The notes below the pieces were generated by a model. That model ran no database searches. It saw nothing but the letters and a program-made list of their open reading frames with translations, and was not told where the DNA came from. 64,000 bases of DNA, from positions 1-64,000 of the forward strand of contig CBFDEM010000017.1 of the NCBI GenBank assembly GCA_965603825.1, written 5' to 3'. Source of the stretch: Blepharisma stoltei ATCC 30299. Its lineage: Eukaryota > Protista > Ciliophora. Each line of letters starts with the position of its first letter. Within the stretch, counting starts at the first letter, position 1. The position numbers and the translations under genes were made by a program. Shown piece after piece: positions 37,918 to 51,362 of the stretch.

Positions 37918-39405
37918 ATGGAATATCTAAATAAAAGTGCCATCATAGGAAAACCTTCTAAAAATTCACTTAGCAACGAAACAAGCCAAAAATATCAAAA
38001 TTTAGAAAAAGTTTCTGAAAATTTTGAGTATGAAAAGCGAGAATCCATTATTCTCGACCAGCAAATTGAAGAGCTGCAAAAAGAACTAGAAAACCTCAAC
38101 CAAACCAACAGTGCTTTATATTCTGGGTCATCTGAATATCAATTACGAAACAAAGTCCTTGCGCTAGAAAAAAAACTTGGCCTTGAAACAACCCATCTCA
38201 ATGAATCTCGCTCACAAAATAAAATAATCAGAGGAGAGGTCAACGGAATCAGAAAGGACAAGACTTCTTATCATATTTCAATAAAAAACTTAAACAGCAC
38301 TATTGACAATTTAACTCAGAGGGTTTCTGCTAAACATGATAAGCTCTCGCACAATATGGAGTCAGATCTCCTAAACCAAACTCAATTAAAAAATTTAAGA
38401 AGCAAAAGCCAAAAGAATACCAATGATTACAGCCAAAAATTTAATGAATTAAGCTTTTTTATTACTGAAGAAAGAGAAAGAGGTATCAAAATTAGGAAAA
38501 AAATAGAAGAAGGAATTTCTCAGCAAATTAAAAAGCCCGTTGATGCGGTATTTATAACTGACTTATTGCAGAAACTTTTGAGGAATTGAAAACGTAAAGT
38601 AATAGAAAAGAAAAATATTTTAGATAATTACATGAAGCATATTGATAATTTAGAAGACGCGTTTGAGCAAATAGGGAAAGCAAAAGGGATGTTCAGCTTA
38701 AAAGAAATTACTACAGCATTAATAAAATCAGAAGCTCAATACCAGGAAGTAAATAATTACATAAATAAGCTGCAGGCTGAAATTGATTTTCTGACAGAAA
38801 CCCATGACGAAACTAGAGAAATTATTGAGTCTTATAGGATTGCAAAAATTGAAGACTCTGAAAAATTAATTTCTTTCACACAGAAATTAAGGAGCAAACA
38901 AGAAGAATTTCGGATCAAAAAAGAATTAAAAATCCAAGAGCTGAACATTTTAAAGACAAAATTCCAGTCAATTATGCCTGAAATCAAAGTATTTTTTATA
39001 TAGAAAATCTTAAAATCCCTCAAAACAACACCTTTGGAGTTGACTTCGTCAGCTAAAACTGACATTGATGACATTTCTACGCTAAACCAGCACAATTTTA
39101 CTATTCCTCTTGGACAAATAGAAGAATATATATGCTATTTGCAGATGTTTTTAGCTCAAAAATCAGAAACTGAAGAAGAAGTTTGAAGATCTATTTCTTT
39201 ATTAATTCCGAATAAAGGCAGAATCAGTGACCTTAAAGCAGTGACCATAAAAGACGTGATTGACTTAAAAGATTTATATGCAGACCAAGAGCTTGAAGAA
39301 TCCAAAAGCCCAATCCTCCTGGCTGACTTAAGAAAAAGAGCTAAAAAAATCGTAAATTCAACAACACCTGACCCTTTTGTTGGCAGAAGGTCTTTAATTG
39401 TATAA
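37918..39405 (+). CDS. Coiled-coil protein, outer dynein arm docking complex (ODAD1/CCDC114/DC2-like), 490 aa; intron 38989-39003
   Basis: LEKKL..LNES..QNK.IR.EVN.IRKDK and EDAFEQI..A.G...L.EI...LIKSE.Q...NYINKL..EI resemble DC2-family blocks; TGA at 38587 and 39184. Confidence 0.65.
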
Positions 39406-39435
39406 TGCTTATTAAAATACCAAAAAAATTACCAA

Positions 39436-39723
39436 TTAATAATCCTCATCTCCATCATCTTCAAAGTCGTCATAAGAGAACTCGTAGCTGTTAACCCCAA
39501 GGAGGGAAGGAGAAGGCAAAGCGTCTGGAGAAATTTCTTCTTCAGCTCCTTGGACTGGCTCAATTATATTTTCAGGTGCAGTTTGTGTAGCTATGAGCTT
39601 GATTTTTTCAATAATATCTTTAAGGGAAGGCTCAGCATGAGCAACACTTTCTTGTTTAGAGCTAGCTCGAAGGGCAGTTGATGATAAAACACATAACGTT
39701 AAGATAATTGCGAGTATCTTCAT
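39436..39723 (-). CDS. Small secreted acidic protein, 95 aa
   Basis: Signal peptide MKILAIILTLCVLSSTA; D/E-rich tail. Confidence 0.78.
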   Translation of the reverse strand: MKILAIILTLCVLSSTALRASSKQESVAHAEPSLKDIIEKIKLIATQTAPENIIEPVQGAEEEISPDALPSPSLLGVNSYEFSYDDFEDDGDEDY

Positions 39724-39893
39724 TTTGAAATAAATTATCGTTAGACATTTTTTGGGAAATTTAGCATAAATGAAGACTAGTTTTAATAGTAAAATATTGA
39801 GGACAATTTTTTGCTTATTTTATTATTTTCTCTTAAATGCCTATTTATATAAGAGGATATATAAGCTTTTATATATTTTTGATTATAAAATAA

Positions 39894-40721
39894 ATGGTAA
39901 AGTCCATCACCAAAAAGAAAGAAGAAGGGGAAATCATCGAAACTTTACCTAAGCAGTCCATAATCCTTAAAGGCAATAAATCCTCGCCAGTCATTTCTGC
40001 TTTGCTTCCAGAGCTTAACAAGCTCCGCTCTCCTAGCTCAGCCCTTTTCAGCAAAAAACACAATGAAGCCCGTCCATTCGAAAACCCAGAGAATTTCCAA
40101 AAATTTTTATCACAAAATCACGTATGTCTTTTTGCCCTTGGCAGCAACTCTAAAAAGAGGCCAAATAATCTTATAATAGGCCGCACCTATGAAGAGGAGC
40201 TTTTAGACATCGTCGAGTTCGAGGTAGAAGATTTTACCAGTGCAAATCAATTTAAAGTCCCAATAGAGCTTGGGGTGAAGCCTTTATTTTTATTCCAAGG
40301 CGACCTTTTCGAGACAGACTCAATTTATACAAGAATCAAAAATTTATTTTTGGACTTTTTTAGTGGAAGGCCAATAGATAAAGTCGACGCCAGAGGCTGT
40401 GAGCAGCTTATTGCAATTTCAGCGACACAAGATGGGAAAATTTATTTTAAGCAATATCATATAGCAAGGACTGAACCAAGGCTACAGGAAGCAGGGCCAA
40501 GTATTGTATTTAAGCTGAGAAGGCACAAGCTTGCAGACGAATCAAAATTCAAGCAAGCCTGCAAAGAGCCGAAACTCAGAAAGAAAGTTAAAAATATTAC
40601 TACTAACACCCTGAAAGAGAAAAGAGGCCAGCTCCATGTACAGCAGCAAGACATCAAAACAATTGCACTTAAGAAAAGAAACCTTAAACACAAGAAAAAA
40701 GAAGAGAAAACTAATGAGTAA
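39894..40721 (+). CDS. RPF2: Ribosome production factor 2 (Brix domain)
   Basis: RPFEN, SKKRPNNLIIGRTY..LLDIVEF, KPLFLFQGD, EAGPS..FKLRR, KNITTN..GQLHV..QD. Confidence 0.93.
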   Translation: MVKSITKKKEEGEIIETLPKQSIILKGNKSSPVISALLPELNKLRSPSSALFSKKHNEARPFENPENFQKFLSQNHVCLFALGSNSKKRPNNLIIGRTYEEELLDIVEFEVEDFTSANQFKVPIELGVKPLFLFQGDLFETDSIYTRIKNLFLDFFSGRPIDKVDARGCEQLIAISATQDGKIYFKQYHIARTEPRLQEAGPSIVFKLRRHKLADESKFKQACKEPKLRKKVKNITTNTLKEKRGQLHVQQQDIKTIALKKRNLKHKKKEEKTNE

Positions 40722-40768
40722 CACATTTTTAAATAAAATTACGTCATTTTAACTCTTAAAAAATACAG

Positions 40769-42169
40769 ATGAATGAAAAATGCATGGCTTTGTCACATCA
40801 GGCTGAAGAATTATTTAAAAAAATTAATTCTGGTAGTTATGAGCCTTATTTAGATAACGCATTAAATGACCTCAATATCAGTTTTTCAGAAATCGACCAC
40901 AAGCCTTTAAAACTCTTCGAAGACGAAAAAGCGCTGCCAGAAGTAACTGAACTGAGATACACCCACTATCAAAAAAAACGAATTTCTAAGCTGAAAGACC
41001 TCGTCAAGCACATCCACAAGCTAATTTCAAGCTGCAGCCAATCTGACCCTACAAATAACAGCATAAGCGACTATGACACAGAAATTTCCCCATCTCGTGG
41101 CACAAGGTCACCTACTAATTTATCAGCAATTCTAGAAATCCACGAGCAAAGGCATAAAAATATTTTTCTTAACCAGCAGAGAAGAAAAGAAGCAACGAAA
41201 AGGGCAAGTAAATTGGCAGTTGACTTGCAAAATGAAATTTTTGAAAAACAGCAGAGAAAAGCTGAAAAAATTAAAATTTTGGAAAATAATCATGCGGAAA
41301 TGGTAAAGAAAAGACAAATAATGATAAAGGAAAAAAATATGTTGAAGATGGAAAAAGCGAAAGAAAATTTGGAAAAGGTCAGAGGGAAAGGAATGACTTT
41401 GAGGAAGGAGAGGGTCTCCCTAAGCCCAACTAATGAGGCTTGCTCAAGGACAATGTCTTTTGTGAATAAATTAAGACCTGTTTTGGATAATGAAGTGCCT
41501 TATAGAGAGATTAAAGAGAAATTGAGATTTTTTGATGAAAAAATGGATAGGGCTAAACAGAGGTATATAAAATATACACAAGAGAAAGCTGAACGCGGAC
41601 AAAGAAGAAGCATAACAGTTATGAAAATTCGAGAAAATCTAAAAAATAGAGAAAAATCTTTAGAAGAAGACTTAAACTCCACCTTACTCAGGCTTAACCT
41701 AAGTCTAGAAAGAGGCAAAAAGCATAGAGATGACATCCTAGAAAAAGCAAAACAAAAATTCACCTTTGAAAAGCTAAAAAAACAAAAAATCGAAGAAGAA
41801 TTAAAAAAATTAAAAGAACCCGATCAGTCCAATTTATCAGAAAAAGAGCTAAATCTCCAAAAAAGAATGGAAGCCAGAAAAGCCAAGCTCCTCGCCAAAC
41901 TCGAGCTTCATAAAGAAAAAAATAAACTTTTATTCGACGATGCAGCTGAAAAGCGAAAAAAACAAGAAAAAATGGAAGAAGAAAAATACCAAGAAATTTT
42001 AGAAAAGCAAAAAAAAGAATTAGAAGCTTTAATATTCCGGAAAAAATTATTAGAAAATTTTGATAAAAAAGCCCACGAATTTGATAAAAAGACCTACGAA
42101 TTATCAAAAATATTTGACTTGGCAGCCCATGTAACTCCAGAAATCCCAGTAATTAATGATATTATTTAA
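40769..42169 (+). CDS. Coiled-coil hypothetical protein, 466 aa
   Basis: Long K/E-rich ORF ending in TAA. Confidence 0.82.
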   Translation: MNEKCMALSHQAEELFKKINSGSYEPYLDNALNDLNISFSEIDHKPLKLFEDEKALPEVTELRYTHYQKKRISKLKDLVKHIHKLISSCSQSDPTNNSISDYDTEISPSRGTRSPTNLSAILEIHEQRHKNIFLNQQRRKEATKRASKLAVDLQNEIFEKQQRKAEKIKILENNHAEMVKKRQIMIKEKNMLKMEKAKENLEKVRGKGMTLRKERVSLSPTNEACSRTMSFVNKLRPVLDNEVPYREIKEKLRFFDEKMDRAKQRYIKYTQEKAERGQRRSITVMKIRENLKNREKSLEEDLNSTLLRLNLSLERGKKHRDDILEKAKQKFTFEKLKKQKIEEELKKLKEPDQSNLSEKELNLQKRMEARKAKLLAKLELHKEKNKLLFDDAAEKRKKQEKMEEEKYQEILEKQKKELEALIFRKKLLENFDKKAHEFDKKTYELSKIFDLAAHVTPEIPVINDII

Positions 42170-42172
42170 CCA

Positions 42173-44402
42173 TTATTTTTTCTTACGATATACATCAGCT
42201 CCTTTTTTCTTTGCAGGCTTTACTGCTTTTGGCACGCTGAGTTTTTTATTATTAAGTCCATCATCTATGATTTTTCCATTGATAATTAGTCCAAGCCCAG
42301 GACTCGGCCCAAGGTCCACTTTAGGCTGGACTGTTTCTGCTTTGACCTTGCTTTCAGTCTCCTGCTGTTTTTTAATGAGCGCTCTGCCTTGTAGCATCAT
42401 TCCCATCTCTTTATCAGTATTGTCAATATCAGCTGACACTTTGCTGGTCGCTAACAATAGCTCGCTTCTTTCAAAATCTTCGTCTTCTTCTATAGGAATT
42501 TCTTCTTCTTCGTCTGCTGGCGTAGTAAAATCATATCCATCCAATTTTAATTCTTCTTCAGACATTTCTACATCTTCTAAGCTTTCTTCTACTGGTGGGG
42601 TCAAATTATCAACTTTATTTCACAGTGAAGACCCATCGTCAATTCCTTGCTCTTCTAACAGTCTTTTCTGTGAAAGCACCAAATTCTGTAAATCTGTTAT
42701 TGTTTTTTCTTGAATTAGTAGCTGCACCTCAAGCTCCACATTAGTTTGCTCAAGGATATGGCTTTTTATTAGTAGCTCTAAGAAGTCTCGCTTGTCTTGT
42801 ATAAGGACTCTTGTCCCTATTGAACTTCTGATTTGGGTGCCTCGTGCCATGTTTTCTTGAAGCTGCACCAGCATGAATTCTTTTCTTTGGTTATTTTTAT
42901 CCTAAATTATAAATTACAGTGCTAGCTTTTAGCATTTGGATGTCTTTAAACTGCTTTCTTACGTGTGGAGGAACTGCTGATAAAGGCCGCCCCTCTTCGT
43001 ATTTAGGCAAGTCTTTGAGCTCTTCTTGCCGTTTTCAGATAAGGACTTCAGCTTGTCTTCTTTTGATTTCTAAGACATTTAAAGAATTTTGTTCTTCTAA
43101 TTCTAATAAAGCCCGTCTTAGCTGAATTCTCTCCTGGAAATTTTCAAAAATTTCAGCCTGCAGCTTTTTCATCTCAATGTCTTCTTCAATTTTATTACTA
43201 TGATACTTGCACTCTCCAAAGTCAGTTGGATTACTTTGGATAGTTGGATTAGTGTGCAGCTGGGACCTTAAAGATTCTATTTCTGAGCGCAAATCCTATA
43301 TAAAACTTACAGAAATGATGTTTTTGTACTCTGTTATGTGGAGAGCCACAAGCTTTTTGTTGGCTTGTACTTTATATTTGATATTTTTGGCTCTGCTGGC
43401 ATATTTTAATGTGTTCACAATTTCTTCAAATTGAGACGCGGCTGGGGAAATATTGGAAATCATGATGGTTTTGCAGTTTCCGCCTAAGGAGTCTTTTAGC
43501 ATTCTGGTAAGTTTTGAGTCTCTATAAGGCACGAAAACGCCTTTTTTTGTTTTGTCGCCAAGAGCATTAATGCAGTTAGCGAGAGCTAGCAAAGACCTGT
43601 TGATTTTTGACCCTTCAAGCAGCCGCAGACCTCTGTTTTCAGTTACAGTCCCTCTTTCAGAGCCTGCTAAGTCAATAAGTGAAAGCTTGCCTTGAAAGAC
43701 GTCAAGGACTGTATCTGTAACCCTGTCGCGCTGAGAAATCATAGCTTGGAAAACAGCATGGGATCTAGATGAAGTTTGGTTTGCGTTTGTAGCTTCAGTT
43801 GTCCTTCGTTTATTGCCTGCTGTGATCAAGCTCATGACTTGGTCTGTGCTTTCAACTGAAAACTCAGAAACTCCTGCAATCACAACTCCTCGTATTGGGT
43901 CGTCACGGAGGTCAAGGTAGCCTGAGTTGGGAATCAAAAGATCTCTGATGGCTTCATTGTAAATTTCCACATAAGAAATTTTGATTTCATAGATCTTATC
44001 AGTGTCACTTTCAATTTGTTTAAACATCTCTCTAATAGTCAAAACTGCGATTCCTGGGTCATCATTGGTACCAATCATAGTATATGTTTTCCCGGAACCT
44101 GTAGGTCCATATGCAAAAACACACGCATTGATGCCAGACAGTGCTGGGTGGATCAAGTCTTGGACTGTACTTTGAAAAACTTCTTCATTTGCCGCATCCT
44201 TGAAAATTCTATCAAAGACATAACGCTGCTCCCTTGATCTATGAAGAATATTTTTTCGGTCTTCAAAATCATTCATGTCCAGGACAATAAGGAGATGGTC
44301 TTCTACCCTTATAATATCTTTATCATTAACACTAGTCTCTTTTTGGCTCAGAGGCCGTACACGAATAGCGACAAGCATATTCGAAGCCTCTATCTCAGTC
44401 AT
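42173..44402 (-). CDS. Kinesin-8 family motor (KIF18/KIF19-like), 732 aa; introns 43296-43310 and 42902-42917
   Basis: VAIRVRP, YGPTGSGKT, SSRSH, LIDLAGSER, VPYRDSKLTR, NTLKYASRAKNIK; tail joined by 2 introns and 2 TGA. Confidence 0.93.
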
Positions 44403-44535
44403 TTTAATTATATTTTCAATTCATAAGCAAAATTAAATCAATTTGCACTAATTTTATATGAAAATCGGCAATTTCTTGAATTTTTCTATTAAAAATTTAG
44501 GTTTAAAAATAATTCATAGAGAATCTATAAATAAA

Positions 44536-47500
44536 ATGCCACTTTTTACGAGACCAATAGAGGAACTGCTGAGCTATATTTTCTCTCGGTTAAATAAAGG
44601 AATATTTCTAGATGAGCTAGACCATAAGCATTTTCAAGCTAAAGTGTCAGAAGGGCTGTATATATTAAAAGATCTTAAGCTTAACCCACTTACAATAAAC
44701 CAAAATCTCTCAGAAAGCAGTTTACATTTAAAAAGTGCCTCAATTTCAAGAGTCCATATAAGACTGCCGTCGCTAATTAAGATAAATCATAACCCTGTTT
44801 CGGTGCAAATGGGTGATGTTGTAATAGAGCTTTGTAGTGCTGGTGAATCAGGATCTCCTGTCATATTAAATCAAAATGCAAAAAATCCTTCAGACCAGCA
44901 GCAGGCCAGCCAACAAAATGTAGGGATATTTACGAAAACTATTGGAAATATTATATCAAATATCACGTTCGAAATAAACATGATAAAAATTCGAATCCGA
45001 GCCCACCCTAACGATTCTGATTTCATTCAAATTACCATCAACAAGGCTTCTTTGAAGAAAGACTTAAGCGACAACAAAGCTTCTATAGTCAGATCAGCCA
45101 GAATAGAAGGTTTCCGAATCAGTGTCACGCAAAACGACGCCGAAGTTTATGAGCCTTCTGACTATTCCCATATTGCCTTCATAGAGCACCCGATAAATTT
45201 GCGAATATTCATAACTAATGAAATGCTGCTTCTAGAAGGTGACGTCGCCAAAATCAATGCTTTGATTTGTATGGAACAATTAAAAGTGATTGTAAATATT
45301 TTCTCGAGGCTTAGGAAAAGTACATTAGTAATTAATGAGGAATCAGTGCTAATGGAGACTTATAGGGAAATTAAAGAAGAAATAATTGAGTCTATAGAGC
45401 CAGAGTCAAAAGTAGAAATTAGGAAAAAATCAATGAAATTTAGGTTGAAGGCAATTAATGTAGCCCTGCTGTTGGAGGAGTCTGAAGGGTTTAAAAAGCG
45501 ATGAGACTACCAGGATGGGGCTTATCCAGGGGTGCCGCATTCACATTTACTGATATATTTCAATGATTCAGCAATCACACAATTTTTGTCAACTGATATC
45601 AAAGTAAAGAATTTCGGGGTGAAGTATTGTCACCTTGCAAATAATCCTGCATTGGAGTCCTCATCTATTTATCAGTCAGCAAAGCAATCTTTTTTCAGTG
45701 AATTTTTTAAGCCAAAAGTGGGAAATTTCGATTTTTGGGCTGTGGATATCAATAAACAGCATTTTTGTATAAAAAACGTCATAGAGTTTTACAAGTCTAG
45801 AGACGATTTACCGAGCTCCCCAGGGTATGTTCTGCCTACAATTAAAGAAGATATAAGCATTAAAAAATCACAAAATGATTTCAAGATAAAATTAGCCACA
45901 ATGAAATGCCATCTGGACTTAATACTAATTTCTGAGCTAGAAAACTTGATTTATTCATTAGATTTTAATGGAAATTCAAACAACGGCAGCATTTTTTCTT
46001 TTTTAGTATCATTGCCAAGCTTTCAAATCGACTACCAGCAGCATGACAATAATTCAAGTGAAAATGGCTTTTGTTGTTGCTCACAAAGTAATTGGAAATT
46101 GATGGGAATTTTAAAAAAAATAAAAATCATGGGGAATAATAATGATATTTTAGCGAATTCTAAAGAATTTGATGTATACATTACAAGCGAGACTGAATTA
46201 ATTAACATTATGAAGATCCCAGACATAAAATATGAACGAATTTCGCAAAGCCAAGAAGAAATAATTATTGAAGAACAAAAGGTCGAAACCCATGAGCGCT
46301 ATTATGTGCCTGGCCAAGGAAGAGTATCTTTCCCCAAAAACACCAAAATCTCCGAAATATATTCAGAAAATGACGACTATAGATTCAGATTTGACCCCAA
46401 AAAAAGAAACGAAGCAGAAGAAAACAGGTCAAAAAAGTCTGTAAATTATATAAATCGCATCTCTGCAAGCTATCTTGAAATCCAAATTAACTCATTTTCA
46501 CTTCAACAGCTAGTTTACTTCATCCCAACCAATCTCAAAAAGCCTATTTCTACTAAAAAATCACCATCGTACTGAGAAATCAGCATAAAACGATCCATTA
46601 TAAATTTATCATCTACTGATAACTCTTTATGATTTCCTAATTCTCCTCGGCAGTACTCGACAACTTCATTTTACACCCCAAATTCCAGCATATCAAATAC
46701 AATAAATTATGCGGCAAATCCTCATAGTTCGCCAATTATTTCAATTATTTTGATTTCAATTGAGGCATATGTGTTTAAAAACTGCTATTTAAATAGAGAA
46801 AATTATATTGTGGCTGCTGCCAAAAAAGGAGAAGGGACTTATTTAGAAAAAGAGCTGCTTAGGCCTGTAGGAGATGCAGCAATTGAAATAATTTTTGAAA
46901 AAACCAATGAAAATAGCGAATTTAATTTTAATTTGACTGATTTTGCTATTTTTGCGCAAGATTTGAGGAGAATTTCTAGATTTTTGAAAGGGTTTGATGT
47001 CCAAATTCCAAAAAAAGACGAAAAATATTCAAAAATAAATATTTTTCTCCAAAATATAGTGATTGATTATGCTACAGATGATGGAAAGTTACTGTCATTT
47101 ATTGAAGACTGGCACATATCAAGTGTGGTAGGTAGCGCAATATCCTCAGCCTATTATCTATCTCTCGGCACCTTTCGAGTTTATCTTCAAAGTGCTTTAG
47201 GCTTTAAAGTTGACGATATTTATTTCAAAAAGCCTCTAAAATGAACTATTTTCGACCCAATTTTAAAATCCAAAGGGTTTGTATTAGTATTTTCCCTCGA
47301 CTCATTTGAGCTATACGGAACAAAAATACGCAGTAATACTGAAGAGACTGGTGAAGAGCCTTTTTTTCCTACAGAAGAATGTTTAATTGGCTCGCATAAC
47401 TGCACTGCTATTACAAGCAATATTTTTATCAGTGAAAATATGAAAAATTGTCACAGAAATAGCGATATGCTTGATTTATATATAAATGTTGGGTGCATTA

Positions 47501-48903
47501 TTATGCATCTCTGTAAGGACTCAATTTCATTATTAAATAGCTTTTTCGACTTCAAAGGAGAAGAAGAGCCTCCAGAAATGCTGAGAAAAGACTCAGATTT
47601 AAGCAGTGACGACTCTGACACTTACCCAGTTTCTGTGATTGGGCTGATGATTGATCCGAAAGACTCAATAAGAATAAAAAATATAAATATTCAAGATTAC
47701 TTGAGCCCTGAATTCAAGCCAAAATTATTGAAAAATAAATTTGATAATAAAATAATGGCTCTGCCAAATATCACAAAATTCATACATACACATACAAAAC
47801 TGCCAAAAAATCCTTCAAAAAATACATCAAATTCTAATTTTCATCGATTGCGAACCTACCATGGAACCCCAAGTCTGAAACTCTCATTAAGTATTTTTTA
47901 TTTTTCTATCAATTTATACTCTGGCAATGATTTTTCCTATAAAGCAAGAAGTGGGACCAAAAGAAATTTATCCAGCTTTATCCAATTCAAAATTGATGAA
48001 ATTGGCTTCACTTTTGCTAGATTCCCAAAAATTCTTCATTTTTCATGAATTGTATCAATTTCAATCGGAGATATAGAAATCCACGATTTTATAAAGGACA
48101 CTTCTGTCAAAAAAATGCTAAAAATAGATAACATTAATAAGAGCCCATTGACAGATTTTTTTCAAACTAAAGTTACATGTGCTTGACCTCGACCTGAGTA
48201 CTCAATTGACCAAGAACTTATAATTTATATAAAATTGCTCCCAGTAAAGCTAAACATTGACCAAAACTGTGTCGATTTTTTCTTGGATTTATTCAACTGA
48301 AAGCCAGAAGAACAAACTCTGATGAGGAGAACCGCAGCCCTTCCTGACGATGCAGCCATAATCCAGAAGCCTAAAGCCCAACTCTTTATCCAAAAGTTCA
48401 TTATTGAACCAATTGAAATAAATCTAGACTACATCCCACATGCAGTAGGCGGACGGTACCCAGGCGCTAATGTATTGAATGCTTTCCAAATAGAAGAATT
48501 CAATTTTTGTCTGTCCAGAATTGAAATGATAGGTGTAAAAGATATCCACCAAGCATTGATAAAAACGTGGAAACTGTGGTACCAGCATATTGTTGATAAT
48601 GAAATTATTAGGCTGCTCAGCAATATTGGGCCTATGAAGGCAATAAAAAATGTTAGCGGGGCGATTTATGAATTTGTATGTGTGGATTGGAGTAGTGACC
48701 CAAACTCTGAAGGAGCTAAAATAGCTCTGGTAAAGCTAATAAAAACACTGTCAGTAGAAAGCTTAAAAATAGTCGAAACTTTTATGAGCGGGACTTATAC
48801 AATAGTTCAAGGGTGTGGAAATGCTGCCGGATTAAAAATGCCGTCAAGACAAGCCATTGTGAGGCCTCTGCGGGATGCCCAGCATATTTTTAAAGGCATT
48901 TAA
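44536..48903 (+). CDS. ATG2: Autophagy-related protein 2 (bridge-like lipid transfer protein), 1455 aa
   Basis: All five track ORFs share one frame joined by TGA. Chorein-N-like start (L...FLDELD...LKDLKLN); C-terminal LLPVKLNIDQ..VDFF, FIQKFII.PI.INLDYIP and LLSNIGPMKAIKNV. Confidence 0.85.
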
Positions 48904-48953
48904 GTTGAAATATTAGTAAATTAGGTTATATTGAGTTTTAGCAAATCATTAAA

Positions 48954-49463
48954 TTAGAAGAACTTAACAGCCATGCCTTCGCCGACTTGAAAGAGCTCTG
49001 CTTTTCTTGATTTTTCTAGTGATCTTAAAATAACCATCATATAGTTAACTGGCATCCCATAAAACTCTTCCCTTGTGGTTTCGTCGCCAGATACCAGCCC
49101 TTCTACAGTCTCAACAGATCCGACTCTTCCACTGTCAACAGCCCATCTATATACTTGCTCTCCCCAAGCTTCAGGCTTTTTCCAAAAAATCATATAGGCT
49201 TCTCCTTCTCTAATAGCATTTTTTTGCTTAAGCATATAATCAAATAAGACATTCTTGAACTCCTCGCTTAATGATCTACTTACTTCATTATTCCTCATTA
49301 TATCATGAAAATCATGCGACGTCGCTATATAAATCCTATTCTTCTGAGAATATTCCAACAATATTTGTGTCCACAAATAAAGTTGCTGTGATCTGGTGTC
49401 CAGATTAGGCTGCAAAGTGTAAAACGGTGGCCATGCTAAAAATCTTTCAACTGGGACATCCAT
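48954..49463 (-). CDS. VPS25: ESCRT-II subunit Vps25
   Basis: WPPFYTLQPNLDTR..QL.LW; IFWKKPE.WG..VY.W; GKA-like KAEL..G..AVKFF. Confidence 0.95.
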   Translation of the reverse strand: MDVPVERFLAWPPFYTLQPNLDTRSQQLYLWTQILLEYSQKNRIYIATSHDFHDIMRNNEVSRSLSEEFKNVLFDYMLKQKNAIREGEAYMIFWKKPEAWGEQVYRWAVDSGRVGSVETVEGLVSGDETTREEFYGMPVNYMMVILRSLEKSRKAELFQVGEGMAVKFF

Positions 49464-49481
49464 ATTAAATTAATCTATTTT

Positions 49482-50885
49482 TTACACTGGGTTCAAAAAC
49501 ACCACAATTGCAGTTGTGTCATCAGTCACGTCCAATTTTTTCCATTTCTTATAAGCTTCTTTTGTCAGTTTTTGGGAAGCTCCTTCAGCATCTCCAGTTT
49601 CCCAAAATTTGGCAACGATTTCTACAGCTTCTAAATTTTCGATAAATTCTCAGACCCCATCTGAGCCTATAATAAGGAATTTATCGCAGTCAGAAAGGTA
49701 AATATCGTTTACTTCTGGGTCAGAAATTACTCCTGCGCTTGCACCAACAGCATCTCCTAGTGACCTTGCCATTGCAAGACCTGGGATATCTTCTGACTGC
49801 AGCCAAACTCTGTAAGGTCCTACATGGTTTCCGGATGGATCTGATTATTCATTACCTTTCATTTGTTCGACCCTTCCTCCTGATTTTTCTATTCTAAGCC
49901 TTTCTGAATGCTCATTAGGCTTATGATCTCTTGATAATGCAAGTGCGATTCAGTGCCCATCTATTAGCTGTCCTAAAACAGCTCTGGAGTCACCTACATT
50001 GGCACAGAAAAGATGATTTTCGTGTATAAGCACAGTGCAAGCTGTGGTGCCTGAAAAACTAATATCTATATGGGATTTTAAAACTAAATCTTTTTGAAGC
50101 CTTGCGTAGCATTTTTTAAAAGCTTGCTTTAAAGATGACATATCAGTAGAATTTATAGCTGAGTTGTCTCTAAAGAAATGAGGCCTTGTTATGACAGGCA
50201 AATATCCTTCTAATAACTGAGGAAGGTTAATTTTGACATAGTCTGAGACAATATGCCCATATATTCCATGCCCATCTAAAATTGAAAATAAATATTGGTC
50301 TGGGTAGCAGCAGAAATTTGTGCATATAATATAACTGTCTTGGTTAAATTTTTTTAATTTTCCAGCAGTTTTTCCAGTCCTAGAACATACAGAATGTATG
50401 ACATTTCGCTTTTTTTGAGGAATTCGAGTAGTGTCACTAAAAGTTTTATCAGCAATTTTTGGGGTAAAATTAATTCTGGTCGATATTTTTGGAGTTGGCA
50501 AGTGACTGAGCTGGCTTAAGATTCTTTCCTTTTTATTTTCATTATTTATAGGCGAATTTGGACTATTTGTTCTTTCTTTTTCAATGCTGGGAAGCTTATC
50601 TTTCAAAATTCTGTAGCTGCTTTGGCTTTTTATTAAGCCTGTATAATCGACTTTTAGCCGATCACCGTTAATTTGCCGTGAGCTTTCAGCAGTTTTTATC
50701 GATTTTTTAAATGCTTTATTTTCTGATTCTGACTTATTTAAGAACGATTTTTGGGTTCAAGGGTCTTGAGCAATTTTCAATTGATGGTTACTTTTGGCGT
50801 TGGATAGCTTGACCAAGTTAAATCTCTTGACATCTTCACGACTTGCTCGAAACACTGGGGAAAAGGGAGGAATGCGTCTTTCCAT
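49482..50885 (-). CDS. Protein phosphatase 2C, 462 aa; intron 49841-49855
   Basis: NQD, LDGHG, SGTTA, ANVGDSRA, DHKP, GLAMARSLGD, GSDGV-TGA(W)-EF, TDDTT. Confidence 0.93.
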
Positions 50886-51362
50886 TTTTATATGAAATCC
50901 ATTAGGAATCTTAGATTAATTATCTTTATAGCTATATAAAGATAACTTTAAAGTGTTTAGTAACAAGTTTAGATGATTTTAGTTAAAGCTCTCATTAAAC
51001 TCAATTAGCATCTTCTTGAGGTCTTGAATCAACTCAAGAAATGCTACCAGTTTTGCAATTTTATATTGGCCAGATCCGTCATTGTCTTGTTTAAGTTTTC
51101 TTCTGCATTTTTGATATTACTATTAGTAACCTCTTCAGTCTCGGCGATCCTTTCACAAACTTTGTTTGCAAGGCTGTTTAAATGGGTAACATAAAAATTC
51201 AAAAAATCTAAACGGTACAAATTTCTAGCAGCTCCTCAACATCACAAGAAGAAACAATACTGAATTATCCACTTGATACCAGAGGTGGGTCATCAATTAA
51301 AGCAATATCTTTCATATGCATTTTGCGAATTTCTACAAACTTCCAATTCCCCAACAACGCTT

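Noticed and set aside
7932-48903. Interpreting split ORFs (TRP-like, ATG2) as pseudogenes or selenoproteins
   Set aside because: All breaks are in-frame TGA, and in recognisable motifs elsewhere TGA aligns with Trp rather than Cys, so code reassignment explains them.
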